From assembly GCA_040755455.1 (NCBI GenBank), contig JBFMAY010000001.1, positions 1 through 64,000 of the forward strand: a stretch of 64,000 nt of DNA, given 5' to 3'. Numbering within the stretch: the first letter of the stretch is position 1; each line of letters opens with the position of its first letter. The DNA is from Thermodesulfobacteriota bacterium. Lineage in GTDB: Bacteria; Desulfobacterota; Desulfobulbia; Desulfobulbales; SURF-16. The notes under the pieces were generated by a model. The model saw only the letters and a program-made list of their open reading frames with translations. It was not told where the DNA came from and searched no databases. Shown here piece by piece: positions 1 to 9,265 of this stretch. Made by a program: the position numbers and the translations under genes.

Positions 1-276
1 TGCCGTCCGGGCTGAAGGCCACTGCGTTAACATAAGAGGTATGTCCGGTAAAGACCTGTCTTGCCTCACCGGTAGCCACGTCCCAGAGCCGCAGGGTATT
101 ATCCAAAGAGCCGCTGACGAGGGTCCTGCCGTCCGGGCTGAAGGCCACTGCGGAAACAGAAGCGGTATGGCCGGTAAAGACCTGTCTTGCCTCACCGGTA
201 GCCGCGTCCCAGAGCCGCAGGGTCTCATCATCATAACCGATGGCCAGGGTCTTGCCGTCCGGACTGAAGGCCACTG
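1..276. repeat. Tandem 126-bp WD40-coding repeats (at least 2.2 units, continuing off the window)
   Basis: TGCCGTCCGG(G/A)CTGAAGGCCACTG recurs at 1, 127 and 253, with long identical stretches between units 1 and 2. Confidence 0.95.
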
Positions 277-2101
277 AGCTGATGGGACTCCCTAAATCCA
301 AAAAGGAAGGGGAAACCCAATTTGCGATAAAGGCCTTAGTTGAATTTTTCGCGCAAAAGGCGGAGATGGTTCTGGCTTCGAGGTGAACACGGCCTTCCGG
401 CAATTTTTGTTTCATGCTCTCCAGAACGTAAAGCCAGGCATCCTGGTAGTCGAGGGTGGAGTTGCTCTGTGAGGCATTGTCCAAGGCATGAAAGGCTTTC
501 TCTTCAAAGGCCTTGGCCGTATAATAATTGGAGATCAGGGTCTGTTGTTCCGCTTCATTTTTGGCAGTCCTTTCTGCCTCTGCCCGCTTTTCTGCATGGT
601 TCCAGGCAACGCCGGCAACGCCGGCAAAGAAAAAGAGTAAGAGAGAAAGAATGCCAAGTACGGTTAGCAGCCGTTTCAGCTTTCTCTTCTCCTGCTCCTC
701 AACCTTGATACTCTGTTTGAGAAATCGATCTGCCAGGGCAAAATCACCGGGATAGCGCTGTGCCCATATTTCATTATGATCAGCGCGCCATCGCTTGGCC
801 TGGGCCAGGTCCGCTTCACGGTAAAAGCGAGGATTTGCCTGGCTGTGCAGCTCGGCTGTTTCCACCAGGCGGCGGTAGGTTTTGGCAGCCGCCGCCTCTT
901 CTTCCACCCATTCTCCCAGTTTTTCCCATTGCCTGATCAGGCTCTCGTGGGAGATGTCCAGCAAAATGTCATCAGGAATTTTTCCCGGCGACCGGACAAG
1001 AAAAGAGCGGCCTTTATGGATGAAGGCGTCGGCAACCTCCTGCAGCTCCTCTGCAGTTGCTCCGGTGAGGTTGCGGATCTCACTCAAATGGGCCGGACGG
1101 CGGATGCGGCGGTTGGACTCGTCAGTGCAGGTGAGGGCCTGAAAAAGCTGTTTTGCCAGGCGCTGCTGTTTAGCGTCAAGCTCTGCCAGTGCCTCATCCG
1201 CATGGTCATTCAAGGCCTGATGAATGGTGTGAATATGGTGATAATGGTCAAGGTCGATCTGGTCCGACCTGTTTGGATCTGCCTGCCAGGCATCCCAGCA
1301 GCGCATGAGCAGATGCTGGAGGATGGGCAGGTCGTCCCTGGTGTCAATGTTTTCATTTAAAAGCAGGTCGACCAGGCGGGGGGCGATACGTCCTCCAGCC
1401 AGGAGAATCGGGTTGACAATGGCTTCCCGGCGCTGGTCGCGGGTGAGCCGCGGGACAAGAAATTGACTGTGGTTGATGGCCTCGGGCAGGCCGTAAAAGG
1501 CATCACAGTCGCCAAGGAAATCCGAACGCATGGTGAGGCAGATAAAAATCGGCAGTTGCCGCTGCCTGCTGAGACCAAGTAGAAGGGCGACGAACTCTTC
1601 CGCCGCATGCCGCTGCTGCGGCTTGTTCCGATCAAGGGAAAAGCGGAACAGTTCCTCGAACTGGTCAACCAGAAGAAGAAGATTGGTGTCATGTTGGGCG
1701 AGCAATGGCACAAGTGCATCAACCAGAGCCAGGACACCGCGCTCCCGCACCTGCTTAGGCAGTAGCTTGCATAACTCAGCATCAGCCCTTTTGCCGCCAA
1801 CAGCAGCGATGGTTGCAATCAGGTTGTGCAGGGGAGACTCACCCGGTTTCATGGTGGCGATCTGCCACTGGTCCCGCTCCTGGACCAAAAAGCCTGCCTC
1901 AAGATGGGAGATGAGTCCGGCCCTGACCAGAGAGGACTTGCCGCAGCCGGAACTGCCAACAACCGCCACAAAACGATGCTGATGGAGGAGGCTGAGAAGG
2001 TTCTTGGTCTGCTCCGACCGACCGAAATAATAGAGGCTGTCTTCGCTCTCATAGGGGCGCAGGCCGACATAGGGATTCTTTATCAGGGACCCGGCGTTCA
2101 T
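1..2101 (-). CDS. nSTAND1-type NTPase with transmembrane helix and WD40 repeats (3' end outside the window)
   Basis: Partly translated by hand; not in the ORF track, consistent with no stop inside the window. Starts MNAGSLIKNPYVGLRPYESEDSLYYFGRSEQ. Walker A VVGSSGCGKSSL, Walker B LLLVDQFEELF, LPILQHLLMRCW motif, hydrophobic LLTVLGILSLLLFFFAGVAGVAW (~602-670), then WD40 units (VAFSPDGRTLVSGSLDNTLRLWD). The ATG overlaps the upstream TGA (ATGA). Confidence 0.9.
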   Translation of the reverse strand, partial: MNAGSLIKNPYVGLRPYESEDSLYYFGRSEQTKNLLSLLHQHRFVAVVGSSGCGKSSLVRAGLISHLEAGFLVQERDQWQIATMKPGESPLHNLIATIAAVGGKRADAELCKLLPKQVRERGVLALVDALVPLLAQHDTNLLLLVDQFEELFRFSLDRNKPQQRHAAEEFVALLLGLSRQRQLPIFICLTMRSDFLGDCDAFYGLPEAINHSQFLVPRLTRDQRREAIVNPILLAGGRIAPRLVDLLLNENIDTRDDLPILQHLLMRCWDAWQADPNRSDQIDLDHYHHIHTIHQALNDHADEALAELDAKQQRLAKQLFQALTCTDESNRRIRRPAHLSEIRNLTGATAEELQEVADAFIHKGRSFLVRSPGKIPDDILLDISHESLIRQWEKLGEWVEEEAAAAKTYRRLVETAELHSQANPRFYREADLAQAKRWRADHNEIWAQRYPGDFALADRFLKQSIKVEEQEKRKLKRLLTVLGILSLLLFFFAGVAGVAWNHAEKRAEAERTAKNEAEQQTLISNYYTAKAFEEKAFHALDNASQSNSTLDYQDAWLYVLESMKQKLPEGRVHLEARTISAFCAKNSTKAFIANWVSPSFLDLGSPISSVAFSPDGKTLAIGYDDETLRLWDAATGEARQVFTGHTASVSAVAFSPDGRTLVSGSLDNTLRLWDVATGEARQVFTGHTSYVNAVAFSPDG

Positions 2102-3600
2102 TTCTGCTTCTCCCCTGCGTTTTCTCCCAGCAGACGGGACAGGATACGTTGATCAATGGTCTCGGACTTGGTGTTATCCAAGAGGGAGATATTGATCAGT
2201 TTCATGGGGGGGATGGCTTGTGCTTGGCTGCCGGGCAGGCGGAGGACCCAGATATTGGTGAGGAGCATCTCCTGCTGGAGTTGCTCAACAGCCACCTTGA
2301 GGGCGGTCTGGATGCGCCCTTTCAGCCAGTTCGGGGCAACCCGGCCGAACATGATGATCAGGTTCTGGACCTGGCGGACAGCCTGTTCGAAATTGGTTAG
2401 ACTCTTTACCGGATCATTGGATTCCTGATTGAATTCGACCTCGACATTCTTCTGGGCCAGGAGGCCGGCCAACTCAAAGGCGTATCGCTGGTCTTTCTGG
2501 TGTGTATCAATCAGGAATCTCACCGGCCCAGTCACGCTGGATAGGCTTTCCCGCTCCAAACCGGCAATTGTCTGCAGGACCTGATCAATCAGGGCCTGCT
2601 CACTGCTGCGGATAAACTGGAAGCGGGCCTCCCGGCGTTCCCCCTTTTCCAGGTTTATGAGCCAGCGGGCATGTTCCTTATCATCGATTGCTTCCATCTT
2701 CAAGCCGGCCGGGACCCAAATCATGGCAGCCCTTTGGCAAGAGACGGCAGTATCTGCCTGGAGGCGGGGGTAGGTCTGCTGCTCCGCCCCATCCACAATG
2801 CGTCCAGGCCACTGATCCAGAAGGTGAATAGAAATATCGACCTGCTGCAGCACCTCCAGAAGGCGCCGGTTATGATCCTCCACGGGATAAGGGGGCGGGA
2901 GTTTGCTTAAAATGGTGGCTGCGCCGGCAACTTCATTGATCAACCGCGTACGAAATGATTGCAGGGTGTCCGGCACATCGGCGATAAAAAGGCTTATATG
3001 AGGCGCTGTTTCCTTTGCTGCCTGCACCGGCACGGCGTCTTTGGGAAAGGCGTCCAGGGTTTTTACAATGGCTTCCACCAGTTGGCGGAGCTGGGTGTCG
3101 AACTTGGGGGCTCGGGACGAGGTCGGGTAACCGAAATCGTCACCATCTTCGGCATCGTGGAGGACAAAGCCGCTGGTGGGACCGCCTGCCTGGGATAGGG
3201 GCGCAGGCCATTTGGTATAATGAATATTATTGGTCAGAACATTGAAAAGCCGGGATTCTTCGCCAACCATCAGGCCTTCCGGCCGTGAGGTGTTATGATC
3301 AAAAAACCATTGGAGTTCCTTGCGGCAGTATTCCGAGGTATGATAGTTATGGGAATGAATGACCAAAAAGAGGGCCGAATTGCTTATTCTGTCTTCGATT
3401 GCCTTGTCAAAAACGGTGTTGCCGCAGAGCTTGTCATCCATCCAGATTCTAAGCTCTTTCAGACCTCTTTTCCTGACCAGCCAGTTTTCCAGATAGTCAC
3501 GGAATTCTGTGACCCAACCCTTACGGCCAGACGGTTCTTTATTATCATCATGACAGTAGCTGATGAAAATATCATAGTCGTAGCGGTTGGTATAGGCCAT
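2098..3600 (-). CDS. TIR-domain protein (N-terminal TIR plus two further TIR/flavodoxin-like segments)
   Basis: YDIFISYCHDD...WMDDKL...LFLVIHSHNYHTSEYCRKELQWF is a TIR_2 signature with the catalytic-position Glu. Confidence 0.85.
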   Translation of the reverse strand: MAYTNRYDYDIFISYCHDDNKEPSGRKGWVTEFRDYLENWLVRKRGLKELRIWMDDKLCGNTVFDKAIEDRISNSALFLVIHSHNYHTSEYCRKELQWFFDHNTSRPEGLMVGEESRLFNVLTNNIHYTKWPAPLSQAGGPTSGFVLHDAEDGDDFGYPTSSRAPKFDTQLRQLVEAIVKTLDAFPKDAVPVQAAKETAPHISLFIADVPDTLQSFRTRLINEVAGAATILSKLPPPYPVEDHNRRLLEVLQQVDISIHLLDQWPGRIVDGAEQQTYPRLQADTAVSCQRAAMIWVPAGLKMEAIDDKEHARWLINLEKGERREARFQFIRSSEQALIDQVLQTIAGLERESLSSVTGPVRFLIDTHQKDQRYAFELAGLLAQKNVEVEFNQESNDPVKSLTNFEQAVRQVQNLIIMFGRVAPNWLKGRIQTALKVAVEQLQQEMLLTNIWVLRLPGSQAQAIPPMKLINISLLDNTKSETIDQRILSRLLGENAGEKQK

Positions 3601-3921
3601 GGCTCTGATAGGGGTGTGCAGTTAATTTAAATAATTAGAGCTTTTTGCAAAATGAACCGCATGAATGAGAGTTTGATTTTATCTGTAAACCATCCAAGTA
3701 ATCTCCTATAATGGAAAATTCAATTTGTAAATATGGCAAGTTGCCGCATCTGTTAACAGTTAGAGTAGGCGAAAGATTAGCGTAGGCAGTCTAATGCATT
3801 GAATAAAATCAGAATGTTAAGACTATTCTTGAAAATCCCGCCAAGCCGGCAGCGCGAAATGGTGAACCGGAAAAAGGCCTTGGACATGGGCTGTTTACCC
3901 GGTCAGAGGTTAAGGGTTGCT

Positions 3922-4617
3922 TCAGAAGGCCCTGGTTTTGTCCGGCCACAGGCTTCGGTGCAGCTGGAGCTGCAGGCGGACCTGCAGCCCGTCATCAAGC
4001 AGCCATTGGGCCAGCTCTGCCGGGGCAAGTTTTTCCGTCACGGGCGAGAAAAGGATCTTGACCCGGTTTCTGATGGCGGCCGGGTCGGCCAGGGCCGGGA
4101 TATGGGCGCGCAGCATGGCCACCGCCCACTCGTAATCCCGCCGGGAGCTGATGACGCATTTCAGCTCATCGGCCGGGGTCAGCAGCTTGAAGTTGCCCGG
4201 ATCCATTTGCTCCGCCATGCCGCTGTCCGGGCATTTGAGGTCCATGATTTTCACCACCTGCGACGGCACCCGGTTAAGGCCGATGCTGCCGTTGGTTTCC
4301 AGCAGCACCAGCCGTTCTTCCCACATGAGCTCTTCCAGCAGAAAGTAGACCTGTTCCTGCAGCAGGGGCTCGCCGCCGGTTATCTGCACCAGGGCGGCCG
4401 GGTGCCGCCGGGCAAAGCCAAGCAGTTCCTCCACCGCCATCAGGCGCGGCTCTTCCTCATAGGTGTAACGCGCATCGCAGTAAGAGCAGCGCAGATTGCA
4501 GCCCGCCAGGCGGATAAAGGCGCAGGGGTAGCCTGCAAAGGTGGACTCCCCCTGGATGGAATAGAAGAGTTCGCTGACCTGCAGTTGCGGCCTTGGCTCA
4601 GCCTTGGCTTCGGCCAC
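3922..4617 (-). CDS. queE: 7-carboxy-7-deazaguanine synthase (radical SAM)
   Basis: ELFYSIQGE, FIRLAGCNLRCSYCD, ITGGEPLLQ, LQLQLH; adjacent to queD. Confidence 0.93.
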   Translation of the reverse strand: MAEAKAEPRPQLQVSELFYSIQGESTFAGYPCAFIRLAGCNLRCSYCDARYTYEEEPRLMAVEELLGFARRHPAALVQITGGEPLLQEQVYFLLEELMWEERLVLLETNGSIGLNRVPSQVVKIMDLKCPDSGMAEQMDPGNFKLLTPADELKCVISSRRDYEWAVAMLRAHIPALADPAAIRNRVKILFSPVTEKLAPAELAQWLLDDGLQVRLQLQLHRSLWPDKTRAF

Positions 4618-4978
4618 GGTAAATCACCCCGGTGCTGTCAGTTTCTCCCACCATGATGGCATGCAGATGGTAACGCTCTGAGCAGAGGTCTTTTTCCAGC
4701 GCGTGAAAGATATAGACGGCGATGTTCTCCGATGAGGGATTCTTGTCCTTAAAGGCGTGATGCTCGTTGAGATCGCAGTGATCAAGTTCGTCCATGATTT
4801 TTTTGACCGTGTTCTTCACGGTGCGGAAATCAATGCCCATGCCAAGCTCGTCAAGCTCCGCGGCCCGCACGGTGACCTGCACATTCCAGTTGTGGCCGTG
4901 GGGCTTTTCACAGTTGCCGGGATAGTTGCGCAGGTGGTGGCCGGCGGAAAAATTGGTCTTGATGAATACGTCAAACAT
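4598..4978 (-). CDS. queD: 6-carboxytetrahydropterin synthase
   Basis: FSAGHHL, CEKPHGHNW, LDHCDLNE, NPSSEN motifs. Confidence 0.93.
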   Translation of the reverse strand: MFDVFIKTNFSAGHHLRNYPGNCEKPHGHNWNVQVTVRAAELDELGMGIDFRTVKNTVKKIMDELDHCDLNEHHAFKDKNPSSENIAVYIFHALEKDLCSERYHLHAIMVGETDSTGVIYRGRSQG

Positions 4979-5513
4979 GTCTGGTTCTCCTGCTATATTG
5001 TTTTGGCGGTTAACGGGTGGTAACGCCCAGTTGTTTCATGATGCGCTTGCGGGGTTGAGGCCATGCGGCGGCGAGGCACGATCATCCCGGTGGGCGGCGG
5101 ATTGCATACCCATGCGGGGCGGATAAACAAAGGTGAAAGTCTGCCGGAATCAGTCAGTGCGAGGTAGACTTTCAAAAAAAAATATGCTATTGCACTCTAA
5201 ACGTAAAATACGTGATACGCAAAGGTAAAATAGTTGGGAGCCGTTATGAAATAACCTCTTCATTTTTGCGCATTTCGTTACGGCTCCTTATGCCGGTCAC
5301 GGTATTGGGATGTTACGGTTATTTTTGATTCAACTTTCTGAGTTGTGGTGACATGTTGTGAAATTAAATAGATATTTTCAGGTTGCCTGAAGCTTGACGG
5401 AGATCAGAGCGGCAACAATGTCACAAAAAATACCGTTATTTCGACAAAATAGATCAAGCCAGAAAGTTGAGTTTCAGACAACGGCTTACCCTGCTTGAAG
5501 GAGAATTTGTTTC

Positions 5514-6869
5514 ATGGCAAAGATTGTGCCCTTCCGCGGTCTTCGTTTCAACCCGGAAAAGATAGACCGCATGGGAGATGTGGTCACCCCTCCATATGAT
5601 GTGATTGACGAAAAGGCGCAGGTCGCTTTACTGTCAAAGAACCCTTACAACATGATCCAGCTTGATCTCACCAAACACGCCGGGGTCGCGCCTGCGGCGG
5701 GTAGGTACGAGGCGGCGAAAAAGCTGTTTGACCGCTGGCAGGAGGAAGGGGTGCTCATCCGCGACCGCGAGCCGGCAATCTATCTCTATCACATCAGATA
5801 CCAGCTGTCCAACGGGCGCAGTTTCACCCGCAAGGGTCTGGTCGGTCTGGTCGGCCTGGCCGAATTCGCCGAAGGGATCGTCAAGCCCCATGAAAAAACC
5901 TTCCGCAGCGTCACCGATGACCGGTTGAAGCTGATCGATACCTGCCAGGCCCAGTTCAGCCAGGTATTCTCCCTCTATGCCGATGAAAACGGCGAAATCA
6001 TGGCAGCCCTTGAAGCTGCCTGTCCGCCGGAGCCGCTCTACGCGGTGGAGGACCAGGACGGCTGCCGCCATACGTTGTGGGCGGTAACGGACCGGCAGGT
6101 GCTGGCGAAAATCAGCGCAGCCTTTCAGGACAAGTCCCTCTATATCGCCGACGGCCACCACCGCTATACCACCGCCCTGCAGCTGCGGGAACAGATGGCG
6201 AAAAGACAGGACAGGGTGGCGGAGAACAGCCCGTACAACCACATCATGATGTATCTCTGTCCCATGGAGGACCCGGGCCTGTCCGTGCTGCCCACCCACC
6301 GGCTGGTCTATTTCCCGGGGCAGCTCAGCGAGGCTGATCTGGTCGTTCGGATGGGGGATTACTTCGATATCGAGGAAATCGGCGGCGGCAGCCGGGAAAC
6401 CCTGCTTGAGCAAGTGCTGGGCCGCATGGAGGAAAAACAGCAGCAGACCGTGTTCGGCATGTATGAGCCCAAGGCGGACCGCTGTTTTCTCCTGTCGCTT
6501 AAACCGGGCGTGATGGCCGGCGCGGTTGGCCACGAGCTGCCGGCGGCCCTGCAGGAGCTTGACGTGGTGGTGCTGTCGGAGCTGGTGGTAGAGCGGCTGC
6601 TGGGGCTCTCCCACGAGCGCTGCGACAATGAGGGGTTGATCGCCTATTTCAGTGATCCGGATGACGCCCTGGACAACGCGGTGAAGGTGGCGGCCGAAAA
6701 CGGTGACCGGAGTCCGATTCTCTTTCTGATGAACCACACCCCGGTGGCCCAGGTCAAAAAAATCGCCGATGAAAACCTGATCATGCCCCATAAATCCACC
6801 TACTTTTATCCCAAGATCCTTACCGGTCTGCTGATCAATCGGCTGGTGGCGGACGAAACGGTGGCCTAG
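5514..6869 (+). CDS. DUF1015 family protein
   Basis: PFRGLR, PPYDVI, PHEKT, YIADGHHRY, MPHKSTYFYPK. Confidence 0.9.
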   Translation: MAKIVPFRGLRFNPEKIDRMGDVVTPPYDVIDEKAQVALLSKNPYNMIQLDLTKHAGVAPAAGRYEAAKKLFDRWQEEGVLIRDREPAIYLYHIRYQLSNGRSFTRKGLVGLVGLAEFAEGIVKPHEKTFRSVTDDRLKLIDTCQAQFSQVFSLYADENGEIMAALEAACPPEPLYAVEDQDGCRHTLWAVTDRQVLAKISAAFQDKSLYIADGHHRYTTALQLREQMAKRQDRVAENSPYNHIMMYLCPMEDPGLSVLPTHRLVYFPGQLSEADLVVRMGDYFDIEEIGGGSRETLLEQVLGRMEEKQQQTVFGMYEPKADRCFLLSLKPGVMAGAVGHELPAALQELDVVVLSELVVERLLGLSHERCDNEGLIAYFSDPDDALDNAVKVAAENGDRSPILFLMNHTPVAQVKKIADENLIMPHKSTYFYPKILTGLLINRLVADETVA

Positions 6870-6887
6870 GCCACGGCCTGCCGCCGG

Positions 6888-7622
6888 ATGGTCATGTGCC
6901 CGCAAGTCACTGAGGACACTCTTTTTTCCGGACGGCTCCACTGCGCGCAGCACACGGACGGCTACCGCTTTTCCGTTGATGCCGTGCTGCTGGCCCATTT
7001 CATCCGGCCCCGGCCCGGCGACTGTATTCTTGACCTGGGGGCGGGCTGCGGGGTGATCTCGCTGATTGCGAGCTACCGTCAGCCCCAGGTCACCATCACC
7101 GCCCTCGAGCTGCAGCCCCAGCTTGCCGCCCTTATCTCCCGCAATATCGAACGCAATCATCTCCACGGCCGCATCAGCCTGCGGCAGGGCGACCTGCGGC
7201 AGGTGAACACACTTTTTCCGCCGGAATCCTTTGACTGGGTGGTGTGCAACCCCCCCTACGGCAAACTTGCCACCGGTAGACAAAATCCAGCCGAGGAGCA
7301 GGCGGTCTGCCGCCATGAAATTGAGGCCGAGCTTGCCGATGTCATCCGCGCCATCTCTTACAGCCTGAAAAACCGCGGCCGGGCCGCCCTGGTTTATCCG
7401 GCCAACCGGGCAACCGTGTTGCTGGCCAGCCTGAAAACGGCCGCCCTTGAACCCAAGAGACTGCAGATCATCCACAGCTACCCCGGCGGCGAAGGCAAAC
7501 TGGTGCTGGTGGAGGCCATGAAAAACGGCGGCGAGGAACTGGTTATACTGCCGCCCTTTTTTATCTACGAGGAACCGGGCGGCAAGTATTCACGGGAAAT
7601 GGCCCGGCTCTATGAACCGTGA
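6888..7622 (+). CDS. tRNA1(Val) A37 N6-methyltransferase family
   Basis: GYRFSVDAVLL, ILDLGAGCG, VCNPPY, CRHE. Confidence 0.85.
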   Translation: MVMCPQVTEDTLFSGRLHCAQHTDGYRFSVDAVLLAHFIRPRPGDCILDLGAGCGVISLIASYRQPQVTITALELQPQLAALISRNIERNHLHGRISLRQGDLRQVNTLFPPESFDWVVCNPPYGKLATGRQNPAEEQAVCRHEIEAELADVIRAISYSLKNRGRAALVYPANRATVLLASLKTAALEPKRLQIIHSYPGGEGKLVLVEAMKNGGEELVILPPFFIYEEPGGKYSREMARLYEP

Positions 7623-7855
7623 TATTGGTGGCGGCTGCGCGTTGTTTCCGGCCAGTCCGGCTTTTTCTCCCACACCGCTGTCTGACTGCGTCAGGGGTGT
7701 TGAGGAATGTCGTGATTTGGTAATGGTTTTGGGATGATCTCTTTCGTCAGGATTGCAAAGGCGATGATAAGATGGTATTGTTGCTGACGATTTAAGGCGG
7801 CCTTGAGCATCGTGCCCTTGGCGATTTCTTGGAATTTTTCAGAAAGAGAAAAAAT

Positions 7856-8179
7856 ATGATGATGAGAATGGGAATTTTGGCGTTTTGCGTGATTTCCTCG
7901 CTTTCTACCCCTGTAATGGCCGGCGATGTGGATGGCAAGGCGGTATTGGGCGGTGCGGTTGGCGGCGCTGCCGGGGCAGCGATCGGTTCTGCCATTGGGG
8001 GCAGGGAAGGGGCCATGATCGGTGCCGGCCTGGGCGGTGTGACCGGCGTAGCCGTGGCCACCTCGGATAAAAAAGAGCCGAAACCCGTTTATGTGAATGG
8101 GAAAACGGTGTATGTTTATGAGGATGAGGATCATCATGACCACGGGGGGCATAAACACCGGAATGGACATGGGCATTGA
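7856..8179 (+). CDS. Glycine-zipper exported protein with His-rich tail
   Basis: Signal peptide, LGGAVGGAAGAAIG...GAGLGG, C-terminal DHHDHGGHKH; start chosen at the first ATG. Confidence 0.8.
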   Translation: MMMRMGILAFCVISSLSTPVMAGDVDGKAVLGGAVGGAAGAAIGSAIGGREGAMIGAGLGGVTGVAVATSDKKEPKPVYVNGKTVYVYEDEDHHDHGGHKHRNGHGH

Positions 8180-8207
8180 TCTTTAACTCCTGTTGTTTAT
8201 GGATCAG

Positions 8208-8238
8208 AAAAGGGCGCCATTGCGGCGCCCTTTTTTTT
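8208..8238 (+). terminator. Intrinsic terminator
   Basis: AAAAGGGCGCC-ATTGC-GGCGCCCTTTTTTTT. Confidence 0.9.
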
Positions 8239-8528
8239 CAGGTTAGTGCCTGCGGGTTCATTGCCGCCATTGCCCAACTCTGATCAATACTATGCTTTTC
8301 TTCTCTTGCCGGCTTTTATGAGAAAAGTTTTTCGATACTGTTTTTTTGGTGTCATAATTGTATCAGGAAGGTAAAATCGTCGCGGCCCATGGCGTTCCCG
8401 CGCCCTGTCTGCCATCGCAAGGGCATCATAAGAAGAATATTTTTCGGGGTAATGCGTTACATTTACTGTGTTTTTTTCTTCAGTTCCCTTGACTGACTGG
8501 TGAAAAAACATCTGCATATCGAGAGGAG

Positions 8529-9185
8529 ATGATTGCAATTATGAACTTAAATTTTTTAGCGAAAATTTTGCCGCCGCCGGAGAATAAGTTTTACACTTTT
8601 TTTGAAGAAGGGGCTGAGGTCTGCGAATTGTCCTCCCAGCTGTTCTATCAGATTGTCCATTCCGACCTGAAAGAGCGGGAAGAGTATCTCATTCATGCCA
8701 AAACCTATAAAAGAAGAGCGAGTGAAGCGTTGGAGGGCAGTCTTTCACTCCTCAACGCCTCCTTCATTACCCCGATCGACCGGGAGGATATTCAGCTTAT
8801 CTCCTCGTATCTCTACAGGAGCACAAAGGTTATTCTGAAAGCCTGCGTCAACCTGAGAATTTACAAGATGGATTCCTACAACGATATTGTCAAAAAACAG
8901 GCTGAAATACTGATCAAATCGACGGAAGAGCTCAGATTGCTCATCTCAATGCTGAAAAAAAATCCACGGCTGAAAGATGTAACGGTACGCAGCTATAAGA
9001 TTAAGGACATTGAAAATCGTGGCGACGAAATTCTTTTCAATGCCACGGAAGAAATTTTTTCAGGGAAATATGATGCGTTATATGTCCTCAAATTGCGCGA
9101 TATCTATAAAGGCATTGAAAACGCTCTGGATATGTGCACAGCGATTTCCGATCTCATTGTCAATATCGTCCTCAAGCATAGTTAA
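8529..9185 (+). CDS. DUF47 / PhoU-like phosphate transport accessory protein
   Basis: FITPIDREDI, IENRGD, YKGIENALD; lies upstream of a PiT gene. Confidence 0.88.
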   Translation: MIAIMNLNFLAKILPPPENKFYTFFEEGAEVCELSSQLFYQIVHSDLKEREEYLIHAKTYKRRASEALEGSLSLLNASFITPIDREDIQLISSYLYRSTKVILKACVNLRIYKMDSYNDIVKKQAEILIKSTEELRLLISMLKKNPRLKDVTVRSYKIKDIENRGDEILFNATEEIFSGKYDALYVLKLRDIYKGIENALDMCTAISDLIVNIVLKHS

Positions 9186-9265
9186 ACCTTTCAAAGCATT
9201 TTCCCGCAAACATGAACGATTCCTTGCAGATAATGATTGCTTTACGGGAAAAGGAATAACAAACA

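Noticed and set aside
1..276. Repeats as a CRISPR array or DGR template/variable pair
   Set aside because: They are in-frame 126-bp coding repeats without spacers, the differences are not adenine-specific, and no reverse transcriptase is in the window.
41..2152. Plus-strand ORFs listed in the first 2.1 kb
   Set aside because: They are shadows of the minus-strand STAND-WD40 gene.
3922..4978. queED next to the TIR/STAND pair as a 7-deazaguanine DNA-modification (Dpd) defence island
   Set aside because: No dpdA or tgt paralogue in the window; ordinary queuosine biosynthesis is sufficient.
4980..5130. preQ1 riboswitch upstream of queD
   Set aside because: No recognisable preQ1 aptamer motif on the minus strand.
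5634..7475. 613-aa minus-strand ORF
   Set aside because: Antisense shadow of the DUF1015 and methyltransferase genes; no recognisable motifs.
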